From: Nitrospirota bacterium
Lineage (GTDB): Bacteria; Nitrospirota; JACRHJ01
Direction: 5' to 3'
Length of the DNA stretch: 64,000 nt
Assembly: GCA_963733375.1 (NCBI GenBank)
Contig: CAVTDB010000009.1
Span: forward strand, 1-64,000
Shown here: in pieces, positions 46,169-56,990 of the stretch
Layout: each line of letters opens with the position of its first letter
How positions within the stretch are numbered: the stretch's first letter is position 1
Position numbers and translations under genes: made by a program
Notes under the pieces: generated by a model
Databases searched by the model: none
Told to the model about the DNA's origin: nothing
The model's input: the letters and a program-made list of their open reading frames with translations, nothing else

Positions 46169-47869
46169 CTAATCTCCGAAGGTTACCCTGAGCACCTCTT
46201 CTATTGAAGAGACGCCCTGCGCTATCTTGGTGAGGCCGCTCTTCCGGAGCGATTTGCAGCCGTCGTTCAACATGCATTTTTTTATCTCCGTCGCCGTCGC
46301 GCCCTCAAGTATAAGTTCCTTTATACCCGCCGATATCGGCATGACCTCGTAGAGGGCCACCCTGCCCTTGTAGCCCGTGCCGCCGCATAGGTCGCAGCCG
46401 CGGCCTTTGTACGGCACCACCTCTTTCGCCTCCTCCTCGGTAAACCCCACGTCGATAAGGGCCTGAAGAGGCACCTTCTCCGGCTCTTTGCAGTGCTGGC
46501 ATACCCTCCTGCAGAGCCTCTGCGCCAGGATAAGTATAGTGGAGGAAGCCACCAGGAACGGCTCGATGCCCATATTCAGGAGACGGTTGATCGTGGAGGG
46601 AGCGTCGTTGGTGTGGAGGGTGGAAAGCACCAGGTGGCCGGTGAGGGCGGCCTTGACCGCTATCTCGGCCGTCTCGTAGTCCCTTATCTCGCCGACCATT
46701 ATTACATCCGGGTCCTGCCGGAGGAAAGAACGGAGCGTCGCGGCGAAATTAAGGCCTATCTCGTCTTTCATCTGGACCTGGTTTATCCCCATCAGGTTAT
46801 ACTCGACAGGGTCTTCGGCGGTCATAATATTCACGTCCACCTTGTTGACGTTCGAGAGGGCGGAATAGAGCGTGGTGGACTTGCCGGAGCCGGTCGGGCC
46901 GGTGACCAGCACCATCCCGTACGGGCTGTTTATGGCCTTGAAGAAGTCCACCCCGGCCTTTTCCTCGAAACCGAGCTTGGCCAAGTCGAGCTGGAGGTTC
47001 CCCTTGTCCAGGATACGCATGACTATCTTCTCGCCGAAGAGCGTCGGCAGGGAGGAGACGCGGAGGTCCACCTCCTTGCCCTTCATCTTGAGTTTTATGC
47101 GCCCGTCCTGCGGGAGCCTGCGCTCGGATATGTCCAGCTCGGACATGATCTTCAGACGGCTTGTCAGGGCCGCCCGGAGCCTCATCGGCGGCTGCATCGT
47201 CTCGTAGAGCACCCCGTCCACCCTGTAGCGCACGCGGAAGGATTTTTCATAGGGCTCTATATGGATATCGCTTGCGCCCTTGGATATGGCGTCGGTCAGG
47301 ATGAGGTTCACGAGCTTTACGACGGGCGCGTCCTCGACCGCCTGCTTCAGGTCGCCCAGGTTGACGTCTTCCTCTTCATCCGTGATGAGGTCGACGTTCT
47401 CATCGCCCTCCTTGAGGGTCGCCATGACGTCGTGGAGGGCTTCGGCGGTGTCGTAATATTTGTTTACGGCGGCCTTTATCGCGGCCTCGGACGCGACGAC
47501 CGGCTCGACGTTATAGCCGGTCATGAACTTGACGTCGTCCAGCGCGAAGACGTTCGACGGGTCCACCATCGCTATGGTGATGGTCGCCCCGGTGCGGTTG
47601 ATGGGCATTATCTGGTATTTCTGGACTACGTCTGAGGGAATGAGCTTGCAGAGGCTTTGGTCTATGTCCAGTTCCTGGAGGTTTACCGCCGGGATGCCGT
47701 ACTGCTTGCTGAGGAAGGAAATCAGTCTATCTTCGCCGATAAAACCGAGTTTTACCAGGTTTGAGCCTAAACGTCCCCCGTCCTTCTGCTGGACGGAGAG
47801 CGCCCTTTTAAGCTGGTCGTCCGTTATCATCTCCGCGGACACCAGCAACTGTCCAAGCCTGCCTGCCAT
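46169..47869 (-). CDS. pilB: Assembly ATPase PilB
   Basis: MshEN-like RLGQLL N-terminus, ASDIHIEP, GPTGSGKST, LRQDPD, CxxC...CxxC. Confidence 0.98.
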   Translation of the reverse strand: MAGRLGQLLVSAEMITDDQLKRALSVQQKDGGRLGSNLVKLGFIGEDRLISFLSKQYGIPAVNLQELDIDQSLCKLIPSDVVQKYQIMPINRTGATITIAMVDPSNVFALDDVKFMTGYNVEPVVASEAAIKAAVNKYYDTAEALHDVMATLKEGDENVDLITDEEEDVNLGDLKQAVEDAPVVKLVNLILTDAISKGASDIHIEPYEKSFRVRYRVDGVLYETMQPPMRLRAALTSRLKIMSELDISERRLPQDGRIKLKMKGKEVDLRVSSLPTLFGEKIVMRILDKGNLQLDLAKLGFEEKAGVDFFKAINSPYGMVLVTGPTGSGKSTTLYSALSNVNKVDVNIMTAEDPVEYNLMGINQVQMKDEIGLNFAATLRSFLRQDPDVIMVGEIRDYETAEIAVKAALTGHLVLSTLHTNDAPSTINRLLNMGIEPFLVASSTILILAQRLCRRVCQHCKEPEKVPLQALIDVGFTEEEAKEVVPYKGRGCDLCGGTGYKGRVALYEVMPISAGIKELILEGATATEIKKCMLNDGCKSLRKSGLTKIAQGVSSIEEVLRVTFGD

Positions 47870-47910
47870 TTAGCTCTCCTGGAACGCGTAAGGCTCGAAA
47901 TTAAAGGTAA

Positions 47911-47939
47911 ATTTTACGTTACCGGGCCTTTGGTGTCAA
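47911..47939 (-). promoter_or_regulatory. sigma70-type promoter of the pilB operon
   Basis: TTGACA-N17-TAAAAT. Confidence 0.65.
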
Positions 47940-47971
47940 GGACAATCAGCTTTTGACCGGGGCAGGGCAGG

Positions 47972-48830
47972 TTAAATCTTTTTAACCTTGAGTCCTTTCT
48001 CCAGCGCCTCCCTCATCACCTCCACGGGCGGGAGCACGCCCAGCCAGTGCTCGAATGCGATTACCCCCTGGTAAAGCAGCATCCCCAGGCCGTTTGAGAT
48101 TCTGGCCCCAGCCTTTTCCGCGGCGGTCATCACCGCAGTTTTCGGGGGGTTGTAAACGATGTCGTAGAAGAACTGGCCCTTGCCGAACGCGCCCGCGGGT
48201 ATGGGCAGCGGGTCGCCCTCGCGCATCCCGAGCGGCGTGGCGTTTACTATCAGTTCGCATGAGCGGATGAAGTCCTGGTCCAAGGGCATGGTCCGCGCCG
48301 CGTCCTTTTCCAAGCGCGGTATTTAAATCCAGCACCAGTTTGTCCCGTTTAGGCCCGTCCACGTCGTACAGGAAAATCGGGCCCGCGCCCGCTTTGAGCA
48401 GGGCGAACGCTATACCCCTGGCCGCCCCGCCCGCGCCGCAGATAAAGACCTTTTTCTCCTCAGGGTCAAACTTCGCGTCGTCCTTGAGGGACTTCACAAA
48501 CCCCCGCCCGTCGGTGTTGTAGCCTTTCAGCACGCCGTCACGGTTTACGATTGTGTTGACGGCGCCTAAAAGCTCTCGCCTCATCGTCCACCTCGTCAAG
48601 AAATTCGATGACCCGCTCCTTGTGCGGCACGGTGATGTTGGCGCCCGCGAAACCCATCGCCCGAAGCCCAGGACAGCGTCTTTAAGTCCGTTCGGCCGGA
48701 CATGAAAGGGCACATAGACGCAGTCCATGCCGAGCGCGGCGAAGGCGGCGTTGTGCATGGCGGGAGACAGCGTATGCTCTATCGGGTCGCCGAATATGGC
48801 GATAACTTTCGTGTGTCCGGAAATTTTCAT
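47972..48830 (-). CDS. aroE: Shikimate dehydrogenase (indels)
   Basis: GDPI.HTLSP.MHN, NITVPHK, GAVNT, GYNTDG.G, GAGGAAR, NATPLGM, YD.VY.P, GL.ML.YQG. Confidence 0.93.
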
Positions 48831-50157
48831 AAAGCCTCCAGTAATCCCCGCGCCGTCGGCTCGATCATTATAATTTTCAGCCCCGTCTCGCGCTCCACGT
48901 CCTCCGGCGTCAGGTCGTCTAAGAACACGCCCGCCCCGTCGCGCATGGTGACGGACGGAATAATCGCCGCATCGGCTTTTTTGCCTTTCAGGGCGGCTAT
49001 TATATCATTGCCGGACAGAAGCCCGGTAACGGTTACTTTTTCGCCAAAGAGATTGTTCTTCACCGGCAGGACGCGAAGTTTCAGGTTTTCGACTTTAGCC
49101 TCAATCTCTTTCGCTATTTCTTTCAGTATCGGCTCAAATGATTTCCCCGTTATCAGTATAAGGTTTTCAGCCCCGTTTCTCTTTGCTACTTTCTCTTTCC
49201 GCAAAGAGAAAGTAGAGGTTTTCATAGCCTTTTTGAACTCGTCCAGGAAATCCCGCACCAGCCCCACGCCGTTGTCGATCTGCGGATAGCCGTCATATTC
49301 TTTAACCGGCGGAAAGTCGCGCCCGGCCTTTAGATAAAACTCATCCGACGGATACACGAAACTGACGCCGAACTTGCGCCGGTATTTTTTCCGGAGAGGC
49401 TCCAGCCCGTCGAGGAGCTTCAGGCTCTCATTTTTTGTGAATAGCCCGGAGCGGGTACAGTTTTTCCCGGTGCTTCGTAAGCCCCACCGGGACGACGGCA
49501 AGGGACTGCACCTTCGGATAAAATGCCGCCAGGTCCTCCGTCGTCTTTATAAGCGCCGCGCCGTCGTTTATTCCCGGCGCGACCACCGCCTGGGTATGGA
49601 GCACGATGCCGCTGTCCGTAAGTTTTTTTATGCCCTCCAAAATCGAAGGCGCCTTGCAGTTGCCCAGAAGAAACCGGCGAAGGCTGTCGTCGGTTGCAGT
49701 GGACGGAGACATATAAAGGCGAGAGGCGTTCCCGGATTATCCGGGCAAAATCCTCGTCCTTCATCGTGGTCATCGTAACGTAGTTGCCGTACAGGAAGCT
49801 GTGGCGGTAGTCCTCGTCCTTCACGTACAGGCTGCGCCTAAGCCCGGCGGGCATCTGCTCCACGAAGCAGAACACGCAGTGGTTGTTGCAGGCGCGCACC
49901 CTCATCGGCGGCGCGATTATTCCAAGGTCGTCATCCTCGTCCTTTTCTATCTCTATCTCGGCTATGCCGCCGGATTTTTTCTTAACCAGAAGGGTGACTT
50001 CTTCGGAGGCGATAAGGTAGCGGTACGCCAGGTAGTCCGGTACGGGAGAGGAGTTGACGGAGATTATCTCGTCGCCTACTTCCATGCCGACCTCGGAGGC
50101 TATGCCGCCCGGCTCAATGCCCGCGATTTTAAGACCTTTTAACGATATATTTTTCAT
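48827..50157 (-). CDS. DUF512 PDZ/radical-SAM-like Fe-S protein (indels)
   Basis: CNNHCVFCFVEQMP, KDEDYR.SFL.GN..T, VVPVGLTK, DEFY, YPQIDNGVG, VTVTGLL.G.D. Confidence 0.92.
49172..49219. repeat. Single unit of the hairpin repeat family, in-frame in the DUF512 gene
   Basis: Minus strand CTACTTTCTCTTT-gcgg-AAAGAGAAAGTAG followed by CAAAGAGAAACGG; translated as TSTFSLRKEKVAKRNG. Confidence 0.75.
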
Positions 50158-51233
50158 GGTTTATCCGTATAGAATTCCGATTCCCTGTAACTCTTTATGA
50201 ATCCCGCCACGAACACTTTGATTACCGCCGCGATGGGCACGGCAAGGAGTATTCCCGCGAAGCCGAAGAGCTTCCCCAGCACCAGGAGCGACAGGATGAT
50301 TATTACCGGGTGGAGGCCGAGCTTGTGCCCGATTACTTTCGGAGTGATAATATAGCCTTCAACCGTCTGGACAAACACTATTATGCCGACAACAATAAGC
50401 GGGTGGACGGCGTCGTGGTACTTCAGGAGCACCAGGACTATGGCCGTCAGGCCTGCGACGGTCGTGCCCAGATACGGCACGAGGTTCAGCAGCCCGCCGC
50501 CCATGCCGACCAGTATGGGCATGTCCACGCCGACGAAATAAAAGCCGATGCAGTACATCACGCCCATTATAAGGGCCACCAGGAGCTGGCCCTTCGCGAA
50601 GTCTTTAAGGACCGCCTCTATCTCTTTAAGCTTCGCAACGATATATTGCCGGTATCCGTCCGGCATCAGTTCCAGGGCGGATTTCTTCATGTTCTCCCAG
50701 GACATGAGGAGATATATCATGAACATGGGGATAAGGAAAACGGTCAGGACCACGATAAAGAAATTCAGCGTGCCGGCCACGAAGCCCAGGACGCGCCCGA
50801 ACGCCGACGTAAAAGACTCCGGAGAGAGGTTGGATATCTGGCTCTTCAGGTTATCTATCAGCGAGTTGAAATCCAATCCCGGCCCGAGGCCAAGGGTGCG
50901 GCTGATGTACGGAAAATAGTCGTTTTTGAAGGTATCTATATAAGAAGGGATGTTATTCACGAGCTGGGGTATCTCCAGCATGAGGATGTATATCACCCCG
51001 AACAGAAGCCCCGCCAGCATGGCAAAAAGGAGCAAAGAGAAAAACGCCGCCCCGACGCCCCTGGGTATCTTCCGTCTCTCCAGGAAACAGACCGCCGGGT
51101 TCAGTATATATGCGAAAAGGAGCGCCAGGACAAACGGGGTTATGGTTTCCCCAAGCGTCCATGTCAGCAAGAATAAGACGGCCAGTAAGAGGAAGACCGC
51201 GAGGTCAACCTGCCAGATTATTTTTTTTATCAT
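50154..51233 (-). CDS. AI-2E family transporter
   Basis: AYILNP.V, GQ, VPYLG, ITPKVIG..LGLHP, G.LLAVP.AA. Confidence 0.93.
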   Translation of the reverse strand: MIKKIIWQVDLAVFLLLAVLFLLTWTLGETITPFVLALLFAYILNPAVCFLERRKIPRGVGAAFFSLLLFAMLAGLLFGVIYILMLEIPQLVNNIPSYIDTFKNDYFPYISRTLGLGPGLDFNSLIDNLKSQISNLSPESFTSAFGRVLGFVAGTLNFFIVVLTVFLIPMFMIYLLMSWENMKKSALELMPDGYRQYIVAKLKEIEAVLKDFAKGQLLVALIMGVMYCIGFYFVGVDMPILVGMGGGLLNLVPYLGTTVAGLTAIVLVLLKYHDAVHPLIVVGIIVFVQTVEGYIITPKVIGHKLGLHPVIIILSLLVLGKLFGFAGILLAVPIAAVIKVFVAGFIKSYRESEFYTDKP

Positions 51234-51754
51234 GCATTATCCTGAACCCCCGGAAAAGGTATTGGATGCCGGAGGTTATTAAAAGCGCGGCTGTGATCCA
51301 GACGAGATATTCCGTCAGGTCGAATTCCCGGTTCAGATATACCCCCACCAGGGCGACCACGAGCAGGGTAATCAACATGAACGTGGTCACCTTTCCCAGC
51401 AGGACGGGCTTGATCTTCTTTTTAAAACCCCGCTTGTAGAGGTAGAGGCTCCCGGCGACGATAACCACGTCCCTGACGATTACCGTCCCCGCGAGCCAGA
51501 GCGGGAGCTTGTCCATCAAGGCCAGGGCGATGAAGGCCGTAAGCACGAGGAATTTATCGGCAAGGGGGTCTAAGAACATGCCCAGTTCGGTCTTCTGGTT
51601 CATCATCCGGGCGATAGCGCCGTCAATCGCGTCCGTCATCCCCGCCACGATGAACACGCCCAGCGCCGGGCCGTATTTATCATAAATAAGCAACAGGAGG
51701 AATACCGGGACGAGGGCTATCCGAAGGCAGAGTGATGATGTTGGGTAGGTTCAT
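51205..51754 (-). CDS. CDP-alcohol phosphatidyltransferase (indel near the start)
   Basis: MNLPNIIT / RIALVP, TD..DG.IAR...Q.T.LG.FLDP.ADK. Confidence 0.93.
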
Positions 51755-52725
51755 TTGTCCGTGCCGCCGCCTTTGTAGAACTGCCGCTCGTACAGCCTGT
51801 GCCAGGCCGTGAACTTTCCTTCCTGGACGTCTTTATCCGCGAATTCCGCCAGTCCCTGGAGCTTCGCGTCAAGGTTGTCCGCGTAGTGCAGTATGAAGGC
51901 CTCCATGCACTTGGGCCGCTTCGGAGAGCCATACTCGTACTCGCCGTGGTGAGATATGACCATGTGCATCAGGAGGTCCGCCTTCTCCGGGTCCTTCTCC
52001 GGAATCCCGTCCAGCTTCTCCTTCAGGGCCATCAGCCCCAGGGTCACGTGGCCCAGAAGCTTTCCCCTGAACGTATAGTCGAACCCCGCGCCGGAGGAGA
52101 GTTCCTCGACTTTTCCTATATCGTGCAGGAACGCCCCCGCTACCAAGAGGTCCCTGTCCACCATCAAGGCGACCAGGGGGTCGGAGACCCGGTACTCATC
52201 GTAAATCAGCGTCGCCAGTCTCACTACCTTTAGCGTATGTTGCAGGAGCCCCCCGGCGAAGACGTGGTGCATCCCCTTCGCGGCCGGGGCCGTCCTGAAT
52301 TTCTCCACGAAAACCGGGTCGTCCAGAAAGCCGAGCAGGAGTCCCTTAATCCAGTCCGTCCTGACGCCCTGGGCCGCCGTCCTTAGCTCCATGAGCATCG
52401 CATCGACGTCTTTTTCGGTCGTCGGCAGTATGCGCTCCAAGTAATCCTCCGGCGCCTGCACTTTTTTCAGGTCGCGCACGGATAGCTGAAGGCTGCCGTT
52501 ATATGAGCCCACCTCGGCCCGGACTGCCACGATATCGCCCTTCTCGAACTTAAGCGAAAGGCTTTCGGCGTTGTCCCAGGCCACGGCCTCCACGCTGCCG
52601 GTCTTGTCCGCCAGCCTGAGCGAGAGGAACGGCTTTCCCTGCCTGGTCTTCTTCAGCTGTTTTTCCGTCGCGGCAAATACGGATTCTACTTTCTCGCCGT
52701 CTGAAAGCTCGTTTACGAACTTCAA
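51751..52725 (-). CDS. YhaM-like OB-HD 3'-5' exoribonuclease
   Basis: L.DKTG, APAA..MHH...GGL..H, LHDIGK, GH, SHHG..E.GSP. Confidence 0.9.
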   Translation of the reverse strand: MKFVNELSDGEKVESVFAATEKQLKKTRQGKPFLSLRLADKTGSVEAVAWDNAESLSLKFEKGDIVAVRAEVGSYNGSLQLSVRDLKKVQAPEDYLERILPTTEKDVDAMLMELRTAAQGVRTDWIKGLLLGFLDDPVFVEKFRTAPAAKGMHHVFAGGLLQHTLKVVRLATLIYDEYRVSDPLVALMVDRDLLVAGAFLHDIGKVEELSSGAGFDYTFRGKLLGHVTLGLMALKEKLDGIPEKDPEKADLLMHMVISHHGEYEYGSPKRPKCMEAFILHYADNLDAKLQGLAEFADKDVQEGKFTAWHRLYERQFYKGGGTDK

Positions 52726-52787
52726 TTTATCTCCTCCCCTTACGGGGCCGAGTATATTTGCAATCTTATTGTCCTGTCAAGGTAATT

Positions 52788-53306
52788 TCATTTTGCCTTG
52801 CCCCTGAAGATGCCCTTTATCCCGGCAAAGGTCCTAAGCCCGAACATCGCCCGGTCGATCAGGTGGATGAAACCCTCCAGCTTCTCCAGGCGGCTGGCAA
52901 GGAACTTAAGCTCCGGATCGTTTTCCTCGTCGTGTTTATATTCCACGAATGCCCGCTGGTCGCAAATCTCCTGGAGCGCGCTCCCCATTTCCTTCTCGCG
53001 CCGCTCCTTGAGCACGGTCTGGAGTATCTGGAAGAAATCCGATTCCGCCTCAAAACACAACTCTTGCCCGTCCTTCGGCGGGGCCTCCTTTACAGCGCCC
53101 AGTCTTTTCAAGAGCTTAAGCTTGCCCTCCACCGCGGGGGCCTCGGATTTCAGCTCCGCCGCCAGTTCCGCAAGACACAACGGGTCCTGAGAGAGGAACA
53201 GAAGCCCCCATATCCGGGCCTCCAGGAGGTCTATTCCCCAGAACCCTATCGCGGCGGCCAAGGCCTCGATGGCCTTATCCCGCGCCTCTTTTACGTCTTT
53301 GTCCAT
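52788..53306 (-). CDS. GbsR/MarR-like transcriptional regulator
   Basis: FWG....ARIWGLLFLS..PL...ELA..L wHTH pattern; F.AE.DF. Confidence 0.75.
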   Translation of the reverse strand: MDKDVKEARDKAIEALAAAIGFWGIDLLEARIWGLLFLSQDPLCLAELAAELKSEAPAVEGKLKLLKRLGAVKEAPPKDGQELCFEAESDFFQILQTVLKERREKEMGSALQEICDQRAFVEYKHDEENDPELKFLASRLEKLEGFIHLIDRAMFGLRTFAGIKGIFRGKAK

Positions 53307-53327
53307 TATTAAAATATAACATAAACA

Positions 53328-53356
53328 AAAAAGGCAGCCGATAGGCTGCCTTTTTT
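53328..53356. terminator. Terminator after the glutamate synthase operon
   Basis: AAAAAAGGCAGCC-gata-GGCTGCCTTTTTT. Confidence 0.85.
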
Positions 53357-53374
53357 GTCCATTTGAAACTTTAA

Positions 53375-54109
53375 TTAATACGCGTACAGTCTACCGTACG
53401 GCCTGGAGGACTTCGGGTAGATCTTTATGAACTTCTCTTTCATTATCTCGGCGTAGTCGTGGCCGGTGTCTTCGCAGTACTCTTTTACGTACTTCGAAAG
53501 CTCGGCCATCTCTTCCTCGTTCGGCTCCAGTATGCCTATCTCCGCGCCGCAGTCCCTGGGGTCAACCTCGCCCCGGAGATACATCACGCCGCCGTGCATC
53601 CCGGTGCCGAGGTAGCCGCCCGGCGATGGGCTCGCCTTCTTTTCTGCCGATACCGAGCAGCACCAGCAGGCCGCCCGCCATGTACTCGCCGAAGAAGTCT
53701 CCGGCGGTCCCGCCCGCGATAATGACCGGTATCTGCGACTTGAAGCCCTTCATGTGGATGCCGACGCGGTAGCCGACGTCGCCCTTTATGTAGAGCTTGC
53801 CGCCGCGCATCCCGTAGCCCAGCACGTCTCCGGCGTTGCCGTTTATGACGATCTTGCCGTCGTTCATCGTGTTGGCGACGCCGTCCTGCGCGTTGCCGTT
53901 GACGATAAGCGTCGGGCCGTCCATGAAGGCGGCCAAGTCGTTGCCCGGCACGCCGTTAATGGTGATGGTGGCCTTGGCCCTGAGGCCGTCGGCGATGTAG
54001 CGCTGGCCGTTCACGTTATCCAGCACGACCTCTTGGCGCCCTTGTCTATCGCCTCGCGCACCCGTTCGTTAAGCTGCCGGTAGTATATGCCTTTTGCGTC
54101 GATAGTCAT
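53375..54109 (-). CDS. Split glutamate synthase GXGXG beta-helix subunit (GltB domain 3; indels)
   Basis: MTIDAKGIYYRQLN, NVNGQRYI, GVPGNDL, GNAQDGVANTM, GYRVGIHMK, GEYMAGG, GTGMHGG, RPYGRLYAY. Confidence 0.9.
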
Positions 54110-54127
54110 CTTTAGAACTCCAAAACC

Positions 54128-54216
54128 GTTCTTTTCTTTCGCGAGAAAGAAAAGAACCAAAAGAAAGCGGGACAGTTTAAAAGTTTCTTGGGCCGCCTTC
54201 TTTTCAAAGAAGGCGG
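54128..54216. repeat. Double-hairpin element, copy C (between gltB2 and gltB3)
   Basis: GTTCTTTTCTTTC-gcga-GAAAGAAAAGAAC CAAAAGAAAGCGGGACAGTTTAAAAGTTTCTTGG CCGCCTTCTTT-tc-AAAGAAGGCGG. Confidence 0.85.
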
Positions 54217-54221
54217 GATCT

Positions 54222-55721
54222 TTACTTTCCTGCGGGTTTTACTCCCAGTATTTCCAGCGTCTGCGCGTCCAGGCCCACGCCGCGGAGCCTCTCGCGGCTT
54301 CCGCGCAGGCTCTCCACGGAGTTCACGCCGAGCGCGCCCAGGAACTCCATTATCTCGTGGCCCCACGCGCGGAGCAGGTTATTGAGCCTCATCGCGCCCC
54401 ACTCCGGGTCAAGCCGGCGGGTCAGCTCCGGCTTCTGGGTGCAGATGCCCCAGGCGCAGTTGCCGGTGTAGCATTTCTGGCAGAGCGAGCAGCCCAGCGC
54501 GAGAAGCGCCGCCGTGCCTATCGCGCAGGCGTCCGCGCCGAGCGCAATGGCCTTGACCGCGTCCGCGGAGGAGCGTATGCCGCCCGCGGCGACGATCGAG
54601 GCCTGGTTCCGGATGCCTTCCTGCCGAAGCCTGTCGTCCACCGCCGCGAGCGCAAGCTCGATCGGTATGCCGACATGGTCGCTTATCTGGGTCGGGGCGG
54701 CGCCCGTGCCGCCCTTGAAGCCGTCCAGGTAGACTATGTCCGCGCCCGCCCGCACGATGCCGGTCGCGATGGCCGCGACGTTATGCACGCAGGCGATCTT
54801 CACGGAGACGGGCTTATACCCCGTCGCCTCCTTTATCGCGTAGATGAGCTGGCGGAGGTCTTCGATGGAGTAGATGTCGTGGTGCGGCGCGGGCGAGAGC
54901 GCGTCCGTGCCTAGCGGTATCATCCTGGTCTGGGAGATTTCCGCGCCTATCTTCTCGCCGGGCAGGTGCCCGCCGATGCCGGGCTTTGCGCCCTGGCCTA
55001 TCTTTATCTCCACCGCTACCCCGGCGTTCAGGTACTCGCTGTGCACGCCGAAACGCCCGGACGCGCACTGGACAATCGTCCACGGGCCGTATTCGTACAG
55101 CTCTTCATGCAGCCCGCCTTCGCCGGTGCCGTAAACAGTGCCGGATTCCTTCGCGGCCATCGCCAGCGACTTGTGGGCGTTCAGCGAAATTGCGCCAAAG
55201 GACATCGGCGCGAATATTATGGGTATCTCAAGCTTGATGTTCGGCGGGAGCTTTTCCTTCAAGCGGGGCTTGCCGTCCACCATCTCCATTTCCAGCTTGT
55301 CCGGCTTGCGGCCAAGGAACGTGCGCAGCTCCATCGGCTCGCGCAGCGGGTCGATGGAGGGGTTCGTCACCTGGCAGGCGTCCACGACCAGGTGGTCGAA
55401 GATTATCGGGTACGGCTTGTCGTTGCCCATCCCGGTAAGCAGCACGCCGCCCGTCTCCGCCTGCTTCCAGATGTTCTTCCTTATCTGGAGCGACCAGTTC
55501 GGGTGCTCCTTGTAGACGTTGGGGTTTTCGTTAATGGTGATGGCGTCTTCCGGGCACATCGCCGCGCAACGGTTGCAGGCGACGCATTTATTGCTGTCCG
55601 GGACTACCCGGTCCGAAAAGCTGTACACGCCGAAACTGCAGCTCTGGAGGCAGCGCTTGCACTTCCTGCATTTTTCCTGGTCGATTTTAACCCGGAACTC
55701 CGGGGGCATTGTCCTGTTCAC
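54222..55721 (-). CDS. Split glutamate synthase FMN subunit with an N-terminal 2x[4Fe-4S] ferredoxin domain (GltB domain 2)
   Basis: CxxCxxCxxxC twice; QVTNPSIDPLRE, MSFGAIS, GEGG, Q.ASGRFGV, EIKIGQGAKPG.GGHLPG.K, SPAPHHDIYSIEDL, Cx2Cx2Cx4C. Confidence 0.96.
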   Translation of the reverse strand: MNRTMPPEFRVKIDQEKCRKCKRCLQSCSFGVYSFSDRVVPDSNKCVACNRCAAMCPEDAITINENPNVYKEHPNWSLQIRKNIWKQAETGGVLLTGMGNDKPYPIIFDHLVVDACQVTNPSIDPLREPMELRTFLGRKPDKLEMEMVDGKPRLKEKLPPNIKLEIPIIFAPMSFGAISLNAHKSLAMAAKESGTVYGTGEGGLHEELYEYGPWTIVQCASGRFGVHSEYLNAGVAVEIKIGQGAKPGIGGHLPGEKIGAEISQTRMIPLGTDALSPAPHHDIYSIEDLRQLIYAIKEATGYKPVSVKIACVHNVAAIATGIVRAGADIVYLDGFKGGTGAAPTQISDHVGIPIELALAAVDDRLRQEGIRNQASIVAAGGIRSSADAVKAIALGADACAIGTAALLALGCSLCQKCYTGNCAWGICTQKPELTRRLDPEWGAMRLNNLLRAWGHEIMEFLGALGVNSVESLRGSRERLRGVGLDAQTLEILGVKPAGK

Positions 55722-55737
55722 CCGAACTTCCTCCAAC

Positions 55738-56867
55738 TTATATCTTTACTGAATGCCCTTGCTCCAGTCACTCGACGACTACCGGTTGTCCGGCCCTGGG
55801 AGCCCAGACTTTCTCGGGGTCGGGGCATATCTCGCGTATCGCCGATTCCTCGCTCGACATATAAACCGTCTTGCCCTTGGTGGCCGCGATGAACGGCCTG
55901 AGTTTGATCCTGTCGTTCATGCCTATAAGACCCTTGGCGTGCCCGAAGAGTATCGCGAACGGGCCGTTTAAAAGCGCCGGAGCCGTAAACCATCCTGAGC
56001 CCCTCGCAGGCCTCCCGCTCGCTCTCTTCCATCCTGTCTATGTCCTTCCAGAACGGCGCGGCCACCGCCAGGCATGCGGCGGATATCGGCAGGCCCTGGC
56101 GCCTTACCAGCAGGTCGAATATATACGTCACCACCTCGGTGTCGGTCAGGAGCGCCAGCTTGTAACCGAACATCTCGAGGTATCTTTTATTTATCCCGTA
56201 GGAAGATATCTCGCCGTTATGGACGATGGACCAGTCGAGCAGCGTGAACGGGTGCGCCCCGCCCCACCAGCCCTGGGTATTGGTCGGGAAGCGGTTGTGC
56301 GCCGTCCAGGTGTGGCCCTCGTAGTCCTCCAGCATGAAGAAGTCCGCGATGTCCTCCGGGTATCCGGCGCCTTTGAACGCGCCCATATTTTTACCGGATG
56401 AGAATACGAACGCGTTGTCTATCTTGTCGTTTATGTGCATGACGATTTTTACGATAAAATCGTCTTCCGTCATCTGCGTCCCCTTGAGGCTCTCCGGCTT
56501 TACTTTCACGAAATAACGCCGAAGCAGCGGGTGGGACGGGACTTTCTCGGTCAACTTGACCGGGATATCCTCGGTAAGGTCCACCGCGAGCGACTTTTCC
56601 AGGTAAGTCTCGGTCTCCTTCATCGCCTCTTCAAAATCCCTGGTGGGCTTGCCAGGCTCCTCGGTAAACATTATGTGCAGGGCGTAATGGTCCTTGTGCT
56701 TCGGGGTATATCCCGTACGCCGCGAACCCGCCGCCCTGGCCGTTGCCCCGGTCGTGCTGGAGCGCGATGGACTTCCTTATCGCCGCACCGGAGATGCGCT
56801 TTCCGTCCCAGTTGATTATGCCGGACAGGCCGCATCCGGAGATGTCTTTCTGCCACCAATGGTCCAT
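55738..56867 (-). CDS. Split glutamate synthase class II amidotransferase subunit (GltB domain 1; indels)
   Basis: SGCGLSG (Ntn Cys after a short propeptide), [67 protein letters not shown]. Confidence 0.93.
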
Positions 56868-56895
56868 TGTCTGTTAAACCTCCAAGAGCTAAACC

Positions 56896-56986
56896 GTTAC
56901 TTTCTTTTCGCGAGAAAAGAAAGTAACACAAAGAAAAGCGGAACAGTTTAAAAGTTTTTGGCGTTACCTTTTTCCAAAAAGGTAAC
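56896..56986. repeat. Double-hairpin element, copy D (between hdrBC and gltB1)
   Basis: GTTACTTTCTTTTC-gc-GAGAAAAGAAAGTAAC ACAAAGAAAAGCGGAACAGTTTAAAAGTTTTTGGC GTTACCTTTTT-cc-AAAAAGGTAAC. Confidence 0.85.
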
Positions 56987-56990
56987 AGGT

